Shown: positions 21,824 through 33,844, counted from the whole stretch's first letter. The stretch: 62,906 nt of DNA, filler included, from Sanchytrium tribonematis (GCA_018985235.1; 11 parts of 11 records of this genome joined end to end with filler, not necessarily neighbours in it); one strand, 5' to 3'. Notes: a model not told the origin generated them from the letters alone. Numbers and translations: made by a program.

Positions 21824-22372
21824 GGGCAATTTTTATGCGCGTTTTAAAGTAGACTTTCACAATTGACAATTCAAAAATTGTAAACATTCTACATGGTTTC
21901 TTTTTTGTTAATGCCAGAGAACGGCGTTTTTCATTATTATTCGTATTAAAGGAGTTTGCGATGAAACATCAGCATGTAAACTGCCAGGGGGGGGTATTTC
22001 ATGCTAGAATGACATTATGGTCATCATTTGTCAGATAAGCCACTGTGACAAATCCGTGTAACAACCTGTACGGTGCAACTACGAACATTAGGAATAGTCA
22101 AAAAATGACAGATTCCGTTTAAAAATTTCAAAATTTTTCATTTATTACATAATATCTAAATCTTCAAAATAAATGACTGGCTCTACATGCTTCAACAAAT
22201 AATCATAAAATTGAGTAATAATTAATATTCTGACAAGATATGAAAATGGCCTCAATTCCCAATCCAAGGAGANNNNNNNNNNNNNNNNNNNNNNNNNNNN
22301 NNNNNNNNNNNNNNNNTTAATTAATTAANNNNNNNNNNNNNNNNNNNNNNNNNNNNNNNNNNNNNNNNNNNN

Positions 22373-23240
22373 TAGAAATCAATTCCAGAGTAATGAAGTA
22401 TTCTGACTGAATGAGTCTTCCGGTATTAGTACTTTGTGACAATTTAATAGGGAAATTAATTATATTTGATATTGGAACAAGATTCAGCCTTGCACCATTT
22501 AATTCATATATCTTGCTATCTATCATCTCTGTAATTGATTTTCTTCGACTAAAATTAAACAAGCTAAACTGTGTACCACTGAAGTTTGAAGTTCTATATA
22601 ATGACAGTCTGACGGAATCAATAATCTTGGTAGAAGGATTCTGGATTTCATATTTGATAACAATAACATCGTTCATTAGATATCCTTGTTTTACGAGCAC
22701 ACATTTAAATGTAATTTTTGTTTGTAGAAATATGAGAAATCGCTGCCGTACAACAACAGAAGATTGAATTGATGTGCATAATTCTGGTGTAAGACATAGT
22801 GTGTCTAGCACCATAATATATCTTCTGTGTTTCAATTTTTTAAACTTTTTAAGCATCACTACTTCAATATAATAATTAATAGATCCAAATTCTGATTCCA
22901 TAGTTGATGGTATGTGTGCAGAGGGAATTATGTAAGTAAATTTAAATTCATGTGAACCCTTGTCCAAATCTGATTCAAATCCAAAAAAAGTTGGGTTTTC
23001 ATTTCCAAATAAAATAACCTCTTTCTCAAATATAATGTTTTTTGATCTAAAATTGCTAAATTTTGTTGAAAAGGTAGGGCCCATTAAATTGAAATGCGTT
23101 TTTTCTATTCCTTTACATTTTATCCTAAGAGAAGAGATGGTACATTTTTCCTCTAATGACACTTTAACTAAGCCACAAACTGCCTCGCCTGGATAATACG
23201 GTCTTTGAGTATCAATAATCAGATCCAAATTTATTCCCAT
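22373..23240 (-). CDS. Alpha-arrestin domain protein (3' truncated)
   Basis: YYPGEAVCGLV, LDKGSHEFKFTY.IP, PSTMESEFGSINYYI, KQGYL..D.I.I..EIQNPS. Confidence 0.85.
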
Positions 23241-23373
23241 ATTATCTCTGCAAGTTTCAGCGGAGTTCGTTTGGGTGTGCCATTATTTGGAAAGCGCAAA
23301 TCATAGTTAACGAGTAATTGAAATCAATGAAAATGGCAGAATCTAAATTCGAGAAAATACCCCAACTTTATTT

Positions 23374-24900
23374 ATGCAATTTTTCAAACGTATGATGAAT
23401 TATAAAGTGGATTTGCTATTAGATATCGAGCAGTTCATCTTCACAGGTACTGTTAAAGTCAGCGGTAATGTCAGGGAATTGAACGCCAAAAATTTAACAA
23501 TTCATAATGCGAAGTTAGAGGAGGGAAATGTTGTTTTACCAGATTCAAACGAAATTCATTTTGATGGAATCTTAAATGACCAAATGGTTGGATTCTATAG
23601 ATCAAAGCTTCCTAGTGGTGATCATATGTTTTCCACGCAAATGGAAGCACCATATTGTAGACAATGCTTTCCCTGCGCCGATAATCCTTCGGAAAAAGCA
23701 ACTTTTGACATAAGCCTTATTATTCCAGATCATTTAGAAGGATTAAGTAATATGCCAGTTTCTAAAGTCGAACCTTTTCACGGAAAATTGCATGAATATC
23801 AAAGTTTCTCTCCTAAATTTCCTTTGAAAAAGGTGACTTTCCATCAAACGCCAAAAATGTCAACATATATTTTGGCTTTTGCCGTTGGAAAGTTTTACAG
23901 AAATAGCAAACAGATTCTCTCAACAAGTGGAAAATACATCGACCTTAGCATTGTTACTCCAATTTTGGATCAGCTCAAGTCGACAGATTTTGCCATGGAA
24001 GTTTCTGAAAAATGCCTAAAATTTTTTGAAGAGTCTTTCGCAGAACCCTATCCGCTACCAAAAGTTGATATGCTTAGCGTGCCAAGTTTTGCTATGGGTG
24101 CTATGGAAAATTGGGGACTTATCACTTATCGTGAAAAAAGTCTTTTATTTGATCCCAAAACATCTGATATACATTCTAAGCAATGGGTTGCGGGAGTGAT
24201 AAATCATGAGCTGGTATTTTAAATTAATGTAGGCTCACATGTGGTTCGGCAATCTCGTGACAATGAAAGATTGGGACGATTTGTGGTTGAATGAGTCATT
24301 TGCTACTTTTATGGGAAATATGGCCTGTGAAAATGATTTTAAGGAGTGGAATATATGGACTCAATTTTTGGCCGATGAGTTTACACGAGCGCTTTCTTTA
24401 GATGCTTTAGAAAGTTCACATCCTATACATGTTCCAATTTCTAACGTCGACGAGATCGATAGTATTTTCGATGCAATAACTTATTCTAAAGGAGCTTCTT
24501 TGATTAAAATGCTCTCTAGTTGGTTGACTTTGCCAGTGTTTTTAAAAGGTGTTAAAAGTTACATTCAAGAATTCAAATATGGGAATGCTTCTGCTGACGA
24601 TCTTTGGAAACATCTTTCCGTTGCTTCTTCCAAAGACATCAAATCTTTTATGGACGGATGGATTTTACAGACTGGATATCCCCTGATCACGGTCGAGTCT
24701 CAGATCAGTGGCAATGAACTTAGCCTTGACCTAAAGCAAGAGCGATTTTATGAATTAAAAAAACAGGCATTAGGTACTGAACTATGGTGGGTCCCACTAA
24801 AAATTAAAGTCTTGTTTAAGGACGGAAGCTTTAAAACCCAGCAAGTTGTTTTTGACAAAAGGTCATCCAAATTCGATTTCAAATTCGAAAAAGAAGTCAA
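23374..24900 (+). CDS. M1 family aminopeptidase (Ape2/puromycin-sensitive type); intron 24214-24232; 3' truncated
   Basis: GFYRS, TQME..CRQCFPC.D.P, GAMENWGL; HELAH..W restored by splicing; LWLNESFA, YSKGASL. Confidence 0.95.
24214..24232 (+). other. 19-nt spliceosomal intron GTATTTTAAATTAATGTAG
   Basis: Splits the HEL|AH zinc-binding motif; contains an in-frame stop. Confidence 0.95.
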
Positions 24901-25114
24901 NNNNNNNNNNNNNNNNNNNNNNNNNNNNNNNNNNNNNNNNNNNNTTAATTAATTAANNNNNNNNNNNNNNNNNNNNNNNNNNNNNNNNNNNNNNNNNNNN
25001 CATTTTGTAATACGGGTGATTTGGAGTATGAAATTTTTATATTTTAGAGTGGACCAATCAAAATAAATAGGGGTGGCGATGTCTTTTTAGTCGAAAATGT
25101 TAGATTACATGTAT

Positions 25115-25633
25115 TTATTTATCATTCATTTTATGTACATAACTTATGTATTTAGCACACATATTCTGCATTTCCACTATCATTTGAGTATATTTATGAA
25201 TTTCTTGTGGATTTAATCGAGTCAAATCTATTTTGGTGCCTTTAAAATTGATTCTGGAGTGCTTAAATTGGTTTAATTCCTTCAATAGCCTCAGTCTTTT
25301 GTGATTGATGTGTCTCTTATATTTAGCATGTCTATTAAAGAACCAGGATCGCAAATAAATGATGGAAGGGATGGTAGGATGTTGTACGATTAATTGGTTC
25401 AATATTTTAGTAGGTGGATTTCCATCTCTGATTCGTAAATAGACTTCTTCTAAATCATGAGAATATGGCTTTAATTCTCCAGGACTGGCTGTTGTTTCTG
25501 TAAATTCACTAGAGTCTATCGATTCTAAATCCTCTTTATTTACAAGATTGGAAATATCCATCTTGGAGTGAATCGACTTGAGGGGAATAGGTCTTATATA
25601 TTCTCTCTTCCATGTGTTGATTAAATATGTCAA
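25115..25633 (-). CDS. Divergent homeodomain protein (true start possibly MDISNLV)
   Basis: LEEVY....NPP...LRSWFFNRHAKYKR resembles homeodomain helix 3 WFxNRRAK. Confidence 0.6.
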   Translation of the reverse strand: MTYLINTWKREYIRPIPLKSIHSKMDISNLVNKEDLESIDSSEFTETTASPGELKPYSHDLEEVYLRIRDGNPPTKILNQLIVQHPTIPSIIYLRSWFFNRHAKYKRHINHKRLRLLKELNQFKHSRINFKGTKIDLTRLNPQEIHKYTQMIVEMQNMCAKYISYVHKMNDK

Positions 25634-25978
25634 AATGACGATTTTACGACGTCCTCAGATGATGATCTCTCATCAATTTAAAATGACTGCTTTATTTCAA
25701 ATTATGTTCATTTTTATCGAATTAAATACATCTATTAGTTTTGACGAAATTGAGGCTTTTTACTGATAGAAAATCCAAATGTTAGGTCGTTGGATCCATA
25801 TTTGAGAGCCTCGAGGTCTGGCCTAATCTGTTTCACATGAAATCTTTTTAGAACTCAATAGCATATTCAAGAAACTATTCTTCAGATGAATCACCTAAAG
25901 CATTACCCATTTATGTTGTTCAAACTATATCCTTGAGATTTGAGTCACAAATATATCCTTGTGTTTAAAACAATCCCC

Positions 25979-26752
25979 ATGAATATTTTGATTCTTTTTT
26001 CCATTTATGCCATGAATCTACATCATCCCAAGTCCAATTATCCATTTAAAATCACTAAATTATTAGGAAAAGGTACTGGTGGTAAAGTATACAGTGGATT
26101 CTATCAAAATATCCCAGTTGCCATCAAACAAAATCTCCAATTAAATGATTTAAAATCCCATAAATCATTCAAAAATTACACATCCAAGCAATTAAAATCA
26201 TTCATTCCCATCAATTACAATCAATTAATCCAAGAATCCAAATATTTGTACCAATTACAATCCCCATTTATTGTTAAAATTTATAATGTGTATCGATCCC
26301 CATCTTCCATTTCTCTCATATTAGAACAATGTAAACCATCTAATAAACACAGAGAATTAAATATTTATCAATATATTCATGATATAGTGAATGCACTCTC
26401 ATTTATTCATTCTAAATATATTTGCCATTTAGATATCAAACCAGATAATATCATGAATTGTCATGGTACGTATAAATTATTAGATTTGGGAATGATGCAT
26501 TCTAGATGCTCTCATTTATATGATTATACGGGTACAGATGGATATGCAGCACCAGAAATCATCAAACATCAAAAATATCCTTATAATGGATATTCTACTG
26601 ATATTTATGCATTTGGAATGACCATCAAGTATTATTACAAGACTGAAATGTATAGAAATAAGATCATTGAGCAAATGATTGAATGTATGACTCGTCAAAA
26701 ACATCGATGTGATTTGAAAAAAGTACGTCAATTATCCATGGAATTGAAATAA
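25979..26752 (+). CDS. Ser/Thr protein kinase with short hydrophobic N-terminus
   Basis: LGKGTGGKVY, VAIK, HLDIKPDN, DLG, GTDGYAAPE, DIYAFG. Confidence 0.9.
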   Translation: MNILILFSIYAMNLHHPKSNYPFKITKLLGKGTGGKVYSGFYQNIPVAIKQNLQLNDLKSHKSFKNYTSKQLKSFIPINYNQLIQESKYLYQLQSPFIVKIYNVYRSPSSISLILEQCKPSNKHRELNIYQYIHDIVNALSFIHSKYICHLDIKPDNIMNCHGTYKLLDLGMMHSRCSHLYDYTGTDGYAAPEIIKHQKYPYNGYSTDIYAFGMTIKYYYKTEMYRNKIIEQMIECMTRQKHRCDLKKVRQLSMELK

Positions 26753-26903
26753 ATGTTAATAAATTGGTAAATTAATAATCTTGATGGTCCTACTACCAGA
26801 TATATCAGATGTCATGATTTGTATTGTAGACCTGTGATTGTCTATTAAGCGTCATTGATTGGCTGTTCAATCTATTTGATATTGAAGCAACTTTCTCGTG
26901 TAC

Positions 26904-27526
26904 ATGAGACTATTAATATTTATCATGGGATTATATGCGGGAGACGCTGGTCCTTTGAGGGGCCTAATCCAATTACAAACATTAGCAGTAGTTGGTGGTA
27001 AAACAATTAATGACAAAGGTCGTGATACTACAATATTTGACAATTTAAAACAATTACCTCATGATAAAAGTGAAAAAACCATCAAGCTAGAGAATTTAAT
27101 AGTAAATTCTCTTGAAGATCCCGCAAATCAAGATAAGATACTCGATGTGGCTGAATTATATACCCAAATGGATCCCAAATTAATCACTACAGAAATTAAT
27201 AAGGATATGTTGAAGATAGTACCGCATGTTAGAATTGAAATTATTGAAATTCTGAAGCAATTATATGAAGAAATGGATAAAGCTAAAATCACGGAAGATA
27301 CCCTTAGACTAAAATTTGAAATTCGTAAAGATTTGCACTTGCGAGCATTGAATGATCCTCATGGACCATTTAAGAAATTGAAGTTGGAACCAAAAAGTCC
27401 AGAAAGTCTAGAAGTCGCGCGCTTAAAACATGATACGCTCTTCACTTTGATGGATGCAGTTCAGAATGAATCAGGTGAATTTGGTTTTCAGAAAGATAGA
27501 AGGGTCAAACCAAAAGCAGTATTTAA
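26904..27526 (+). CDS. Hypothetical secreted protein (3' truncated)
   Basis: MRLLIFIMGLYA signal-like start; open to contig end. Confidence 0.55.
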
Positions 27527-27626
27527 NNNNNNNNNNNNNNNNNNNNNNNNNNNNNNNNNNNNNNNNNNNNTTAATTAATTAANNNNNNNNNNNNNNNNNN
27601 NNNNNNNNNNNNNNNNNNNNNNNNNN

Positions 27627-28525
27627 TACTGGAACATTAAATGGGCCATTCCCTGCCAATTTGACGCGATTATCATTCTCAAATAATCAATTGACTGGCA
27701 ATTTACCCCTATTGCCTCCAAAAGTAGTCAATGTATTTTTTGATTTCAATCAATTGACTGGTCCAATTCCAGCGCAATATGCAACTCAAGTAAATGGCTC
27801 GCTAGTACTTAACTCCAATGCGCTCACAGGATGCCAAAATACGACATTTGTTTGTTCTATTTGCAAATTGAGTGAAAATCGATTGCAGGGTGAATTAACC
27901 TTTAAGGCGCCTACTGTATTGAATCTGACATCCAATTTAGTCACTGATGTGAATGTCATGAATATGACTGCCATTTCTACCTGTGATTTGAGTAATAATC
28001 CAATGTTAAACACGATTTCTGCAAAATCATTCGCCAGTAAATGCAGCTCTACTAATGCGTACGCTGATCCTGGTATAAATTGTGATGTATCTACAGTTGC
28101 ATCTGCGGCAGTGCTTAGCAATAGCGACAGCAGTAGTAGCAGTAGCAACAGTGAATTGAATTTTGCTTCTTCTGTTATTTTTGTTTCTGACCTATCTAGC
28201 CTGGAAGTCGACTCAAACTCAGTGGTCACACGTATTTTGTATTCATTTAGGATCTATTTTAGGACCTAATATTGCCTCTAAAAGTGTAATAACTACACTC
28301 TCTAAAAACGTTGTAAATATCAAATCTGTGGTTTCTACTAGAATTACTAGCTTACATATCACCAGCTTGATCAAATGGGAGGGTAAATCAGAGCTAGAAG
28401 CCATTCAATTCAAATATTTAATGTTGGTCAAATTGGGCATCAATTTAATATTTATTGGAATTATTTTGGCCAAGTTGCCATACAAGAGAGATGCTACAAG
28501 ATTGTCAATGTTTAGTAAATTTTAG
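27627..28525 (+). CDS. LRR protein with Ser-rich stalk and C-terminal TM helix (5' truncated; intron 28232-28250)
   Basis: Plant-type LRR units NxLTGxLP; splicing joins to a frame ending LMLVKLGINLIFIGIILAKLP. Confidence 0.75.
28232..28250 (+). other. 19-nt spliceosomal intron GTATTTTGTATTCATTTAG
   Basis: GT-AG; joins ORF 27661 to the TM-encoding frame ending 28525. Confidence 0.8.
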
Positions 28526-28544
28526 GTAATTATATTTATTTACA

Positions 28545-29413
28545 TTAATCAATTGATTTGTGATGACCAGGGAATATAAAATATTTACATGCTTTTAAAA
28601 ATCTGTCATCTTCTTTCACTCTATGAATTAGAATAGTCGTTGGTGTAAACGGATGTGACCAGCTTCCCTTGTTATCACCCTTAAAATCTGGAGAATCATA
28701 AAACTACATAAAAATGAATTTACATCTTCATCTTCAGATATGAAATGTTTAATCTTATTGCCGTGTTTTAACCAACTAGCCAGTAATCCGTCTTCTTGTC
28801 CAACAATATGCTGTCTCGCATACTCATCCTTTGCGATAAAATCAACTAGATCCCAACTTAATAAATAGCCCATTCCTGCTTGGAATATGGTCCCTTTGAC
28901 GTGTCTACCATAATAAACACCAGTAAAATCACTACCCACTTCTTTTTTCAATTTATTAATACGGCTAATGAGATTATATAAATGAAGAAACACGTCATCA
29001 TCTGTTTTAAACAACATTTCATATTTTAAATTGAGAGATGCCCATTTCACGAATGAATATGTCTTGCCATCATCTAAATTCTCTTCTATATCCATTACAA
29101 TAATATCATTGTAAAGAGAAGATTCCATATCTAGTAAATTCTGTTCAAATTCATTTTTGGGTTTACCAAATATAAATTTGACCGTCATTCCAGCTGGAAT
29201 ATCTCGCATATAACAATTTCTAATTAATGATCTGCGCTCATATTTGCTGATCATGGTTAAAATACCAACAAAGATTGTATTTGGACCAGAATTGGATTGA
29301 TGATGGATAACAGATTGATGTGTGGGTTGCTGGCCATCTTTATTGGTGACTAATAATAGTAAAACCAAGATGATAATACCATAAGCATAGAATTTAAAAG
29401 ATTCTCTTTTCAT
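28545..29413 (-). CDS. GT31 beta-1,3-glycosyltransferase (type II membrane); intron 28704-28723
   Basis: N-terminal TM, RRSLIR, EENLDDGKTY, KTDDD, GMGYLLSWDLV, QEDG; spliced tail FYDSP...WSHPF..TILIHRVK. Confidence 0.85.
28704..28723 (-). other. 20-nt spliceosomal intron GTAAATTCATTTTTATGTAG
   Basis: GT-AG; removal restores a GT31-like C-terminal HxxK-type motif. Confidence 0.85.
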
Positions 29414-29433
29414 GGATATTTAGAGTTTCAGAA

Positions 29434-29697
29434 TCAAATGAAATTTATTTTCAAGTCGCGTATAATAGATGGTAAATCAATGGGATAAAGGAGGTCGTGG
29501 TCATATTGGTTGATGTAATTATATCTTGTAGAGCGCACTGTAGAGACGCGTGACTCAAAATCATCAATTCTTTCTAATAATTCGCTCATTTGTCGTTCTA
29601 TGTCTTCGAATCTTTGAAGAATAGTATCTATTATCTGTGATCTATTAGAATCTAATCTTATTAAATGCGAGTGACGCATATCTTTGATTCTATCCAA
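29434..29697 (-). CDS. Small hypothetical coiled-coil protein
   Basis: ORF with heptad pattern; no family recognised. Confidence 0.4.
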   Translation of the reverse strand: MDRIKDMRHSHLIRLDSNRSQIIDTILQRFEDIERQMSELLERIDDFESRVSTVRSTRYNYINQYDHDLLYPIDLPSIIRDLKINFI

Positions 29698-29974
29698 TTG
29701 ATTTTATTCTACGCGAAACCAATCAGCATTTGATGACGATGTGACGACATTTTGTGATTCGTCATAGACACCAAAATAAATGAAAGCCGTATCTCTCATA
29801 AAATGTTGAAAATCTCACATCTTGTGTTTTGCAAATTCAAACGCTGTAGCAATCTCCAGGTCTGCAAGCCAATCAAAATTGTCTGATAACAGAGATAATG
29901 TCTGTTTCTCCATTTGATTGGGTGACAGGGCTTCTGTAAATGGATTTTGTTTTGAATTCGCCGTCTCCTGAGAC

Positions 29975-30147
29975 ATGATGAAACCCAACCGACCGACTCG
30001 CAACTGTTTGTGGGACAATTGTGACCGTATATTCCCTAATGATGAGATGTGTTTAAGACACGTTAGATTGCATCATCTTGATAAAAATAGTAGACGCTGT
30101 TATTGGGACAGATGCACAAAAACAACATCTACAAAATGCAATCTAAA
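29975..30147 (+). CDS. C2H2 zinc-finger protein (3' truncated)
   Basis: CLWDNC...F....C..HV..HH followed by CYWDRC. Confidence 0.75.
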
Positions 30148-30247
30148 NNNNNNNNNNNNNNNNNNNNNNNNNNNNNNNNNNNNNNNNNNNNTTAATTAAT
30201 TAANNNNNNNNNNNNNNNNNNNNNNNNNNNNNNNNNNNNNNNNNNNN

Positions 30248-30612
30248 TATACTAAAATTGTGTAATTCTACAGTCTGCTTTAGCAGAAATGGATGCGATC
30301 CCGTTACAACCACTAAATTGAGCACGAGTACGAAATCAGTAACGCGTTCTAAAACTTGGGGTAATACATGGGACTCAAATGATGACGAAGACGGCAATGT
30401 AACTCTTATTTATTTAGCAAGAAGACTGCGCAACTGCTGTCAACAACAATTCTACCATGACAACCACGAAAACAGTGAATTATGAAGCCATCAAGCAGAG
30501 TTATTCAGCGTTACAAAGCATGTCTTCCATTGATGCTGCACAAGCTACCCATGCCAACAGCGGCAATCATTTATTGATGATCTTGTATTTGATTCTGTTA
30601 ATGTTGTTTTAG
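30248..30612 (+). CDS. 3' end of putative GPI-anchored surface protein, paralog 1 (intron 30399-30417)
   Basis: Spliced tail KTVNYEAIKQSYSA...HANSGNHLLMILYLILLMLF nearly identical to paralog 2. Confidence 0.75.
30399..30417 (+). other. 19-nt spliceosomal intron GTAACTCTTATTTATTTAG
   Basis: GT-AG; restores the frame conserved with the paralog. Confidence 0.85.
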
Positions 30613-30781
30613 TAAATATATTTATGGAGAAGTGAAACGAAGTCTTTTCATTTACTGGTACTCATATTTAAAATCATCCAATTTTTGTATAACTAGTCAT
30701 ATATATGCACATGTCAAACTTTATATTCCATAAATTCAAAATTCTCTCTCAATGTGGCTTTATTCTTGAGTTTCTGTTAAC

Positions 30782-31925
30782 ATGGGACAAACTGAGTCAA
30801 CGTGTATCAATAATGACAAACCTGACTATTTCTTAATAAGTTCCAATTCCACAACGTATGATCGCGTCAATTACATTGATCCCACTAGTAATTGCACCTA
30901 TAAAATGTATTTTGACTATGATTCTGACAAGAAGATCCAAGAGCCTCATCTAGCTTTTTTTTACTCTAAAAGAGAGTATCCTTTAGGTAATTACACGCGT
31001 CAACAATTAAAAGATGGTGTTTCTATTGAATTACCTGAAAGTGAGGTTACTGACTTTGTATTTGACTTTAAGACGACTTTAAAGAGTTTTGAGTCATTTG
31101 AAGTCGCCATTAAAAGAATGGATGTTTGCAGAACAAAAGATGGTTCTACAATCTGTTATGGTGCGCATTATTGCCCTCCATTAACGAATCAAACAGTCAT
31201 AAATACGAAATGTCAGAAATATCCAATTACGGAATATATTATAGAGCCACTCGATACAAAAGTCAAGAGACAAGTCACTCCATACTACTATGAAGGCTAT
31301 TACACTAAAATATTCTTTAGTGATTTCGGATTACCCGATTTAATGGTCAATCAAAAATTCACCATTTATACGTCTTTAAATGCCCCACAACCATTTGATG
31401 AAGTCCAAATTAAACGGGGTGGCCCTAATAACAATGGATATGATACCCATACCAAATGGTGGATGGAAACATATGGTGTTGATATCGAAGGCAATTCTCA
31501 ATATAATATGACGTATTTCTATATTGGTACGCATCAGAATATCAGTGCAGTCGTAAATAGTGTTAAATTATGTAATTCAACCCATTGTTTCACCAAACAT
31601 GGCTGTGGAAATCCAACAACTACGAATTCTCTCAAAATGACGAGTACGCAAAGTAAAACATGGAGTAAATCATGGATGGACCAAGAAAATGATGACAATG
31701 AGGATGGTAATGATACTGTAAATCATGCTTATTTAGGTTAATTGTACGACTACTTCCAATTCAACCACTGCAATGGCCAAAACAGTGAATTATGAAGCGA
31801 TTAAACAGAGTTATTCTGCTTATTTGCAGAGCATGTCATCTATGGATGCAGCACAACCAACACATGCCAATAGTGGAAATCATTTAATGATGACCCTGTA
31901 TTTAATCATGTTGATGTTGTTTTAA
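30782..31925 (+). CDS. Putative GPI-anchored Cys-containing surface protein, paralog 2 (intron 31718-31736)
   Basis: 319-codon exon 1; spliced hydrophobic C-terminus NHLMMTLYLIMLMLF. Confidence 0.75.
31718..31736 (+). other. 19-nt spliceosomal intron GTAAATCATGCTTATTTAG
   Basis: GT-AG; restores the frame conserved with the paralog. Confidence 0.85.
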
Positions 31926-32103
31926 GTCAGAAAATGATGAAATTGTACATAATAAACTATATAAGAATCTAATTGTATTAATTCAACTTGTGCATCACCT
32001 GTTGCATGAACACGCTATTCTGCATCATTTGATTGGTGTCCCTGATTGGCTCTGACAGTATTTATTGCCATCATCAAACAAATCGCTCAAAACACCCCTG
32101 AAA

Positions 32104-32755
32104 ATGTATCCCGGTCAACAAAGATTACAAAAACAAAAAGAGAAACAACAACAGCAACCCAATACTGCATATCCATCAAATCAATACACCAATCCACCTG
32201 CTTATCAACAACCTTTTACACAAATGCCACCCAATCCTCCAATGAATTCTCCAATGCATCAACAGGGTTATCAACAAAATTATCCCCCTCAGAATCATCA
32301 ACAAGGTTATCCACAAGCGTATCCACAACAGAATTATCCACCTCAACAACCATATCCTGCGCAACAACCCTATAATGCGTATCCCCCTCAACCCTATCCA
32401 CAACAACAACAAGGATATCCCGTACAGCAACCTGTTCAACAACCGTATCCACCTCAACAACCCGTTCATCAGCAATATCCGCCTCAATATCCCCCTCAAC
32501 AATCCAATCCTTCTATCCCACCAGCTGCCACAGTCCACCAACACACCGCATTTACAGATAATGTGCGTGTATCAGGCAATAAAAAGGCATTATTAATTGG
32601 CATCAATTATTTCAAACAGCAAGGCCAATTAAAAGGATGTATTCAAGATGTCACCAATATCAAGCAATTTTTACTCCAAATCTACAAATTCAATCCATCC
32701 AACATGTTAATACTGACAGATGATCAATCTAATCCAAAATACATTCCTACTCGTC
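32104..32755 (+). CDS. MCA1: Type I metacaspase with Q/P/Y-rich prodomain (3' truncated)
   Basis: KKALLIGINYF, LKGCIQDV, ILTDDQ..P...PTR. Confidence 0.93.
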
Positions 32756-32855
32756 NNNNNNNNNNNNNNNNNNNNNNNNNNNNNNNNNNNNNNNNNNNNT
32801 TAATTAATTAANNNNNNNNNNNNNNNNNNNNNNNNNNNNNNNNNNNNNNNNNNNN

Positions 32856-33101
32856 GCATGTTTCGTCCCTCTTGTTTAGTGAAGGATTGTCGCATGAGTC
32901 TGGATTGACAATTTTGGCTTGATTTAATGCAGCTGTAAGCCAGTCTTTGCATGTAATAGGAATATCGCCAGTTAACTGTGATTTGTCAGTGGGACATTTT
33001 GCTGCTATCATGGCTTTATGAAATGCTTTTATTTGCTTTCCCATTGCTTTATATGAATTAGCAGAGTGTGCAATGCACAGAATGACAAATAAGTAGATCA
33101 T
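32856..33101 (-). CDS. Small secreted Cys-containing protein (3' truncated)
   Basis: MIYLFVILCIAHS signal-like start. Confidence 0.5.
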
Positions 33102-33268
33102 TTGCTAAAAATGGGACATTTGGCATTTTAAATAAAAAATGATGCCATTTATGGAACATGTGATTGAAATGACGAATATTACAAGTTTCCAATATTTTAA
33201 TTTATTTCTCTTTTGATTCGCAAATAGACGCCATTACTATCAACCCTATCATAAAATTACCAAATTTA

Positions 33269-33844
33269 TTAAATCAAATTGTATGTGGATGCATTCTCTC
33301 CATTAGATTCAATCGTATCATCAAAATATCCACCCAATTTATCCTCGGGTACCAATTTCACAACAATCCCCAAAATAGTCCCAAAAACACTTAAAATGAA
33401 TATTTTATATGGTTCTATATGATGTACAGACCATTTAATATATAATTCATTATCTGGTGATACAATAAACACATAAACTAAATAAGAAATCATAGAAGTC
33501 AATAAATGGCAAATTACAGCTAATTTTGCAGTTGAAACTTGATCTTCTCGTTCTTTCTTTTCATCTACATCTTCGTTATAAACAGGTGGTTTAAATAGTT
33601 TACCATAATAAAATGCAAAATAGCAGTGGCCATTTTTATCTTTTTTGCAAATGACGCCCAAAAATGAACAAATAAAGCCAATCAAGCTAGCCACGCCAAT
33701 AACTACATATTTGTATGTCAAATCATCACTTTGAGTTTGAAATGCAGAGATGGATGTGTACATGGCAATGCTATTCCCTGCTGCATATCTTTTAACCAAT
33801 TTTAATGCATCTGAGTCATCTTCCCATTGCACTGCAGATGTCAT
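33269..33844 (-). CDS. Hypothetical membrane protein (about 3 TM segments)
   Basis: Hydrophobic helices in a ~190-aa ORF; first ATG gives MTSAVQW. Confidence 0.55.
   Translation of the reverse strand: MTSAVQWEDDSDALKLVKRYAAGNSIAMYTSISAFQTQSDDLTYKYVVIGVASLIGFICSFLGVICKKDKNGHCYFAFYYGKLFKPPVYNEDVDEKKEREDQVSTAKLAVICHLLTSMISYLVYVFIVSPDNELYIKWSVHHIEPYKIFILSVFGTILGIVVKLVPEDKLGGYFDDTIESNGENASTYNLI

Noticed and set aside
23390..23407. Possible 18-nt intron GTATGATGAATTATAAAG linking ATG 23333 to the aminopeptidase
   Set aside because: Splicing gives the wrong frame and an early stop.
32046..32596. Overlapping ORFs in other frames and strands over the metacaspase prodomain
   Set aside because: Shadow ORFs of the low-complexity Q/P/Y coding sequence.
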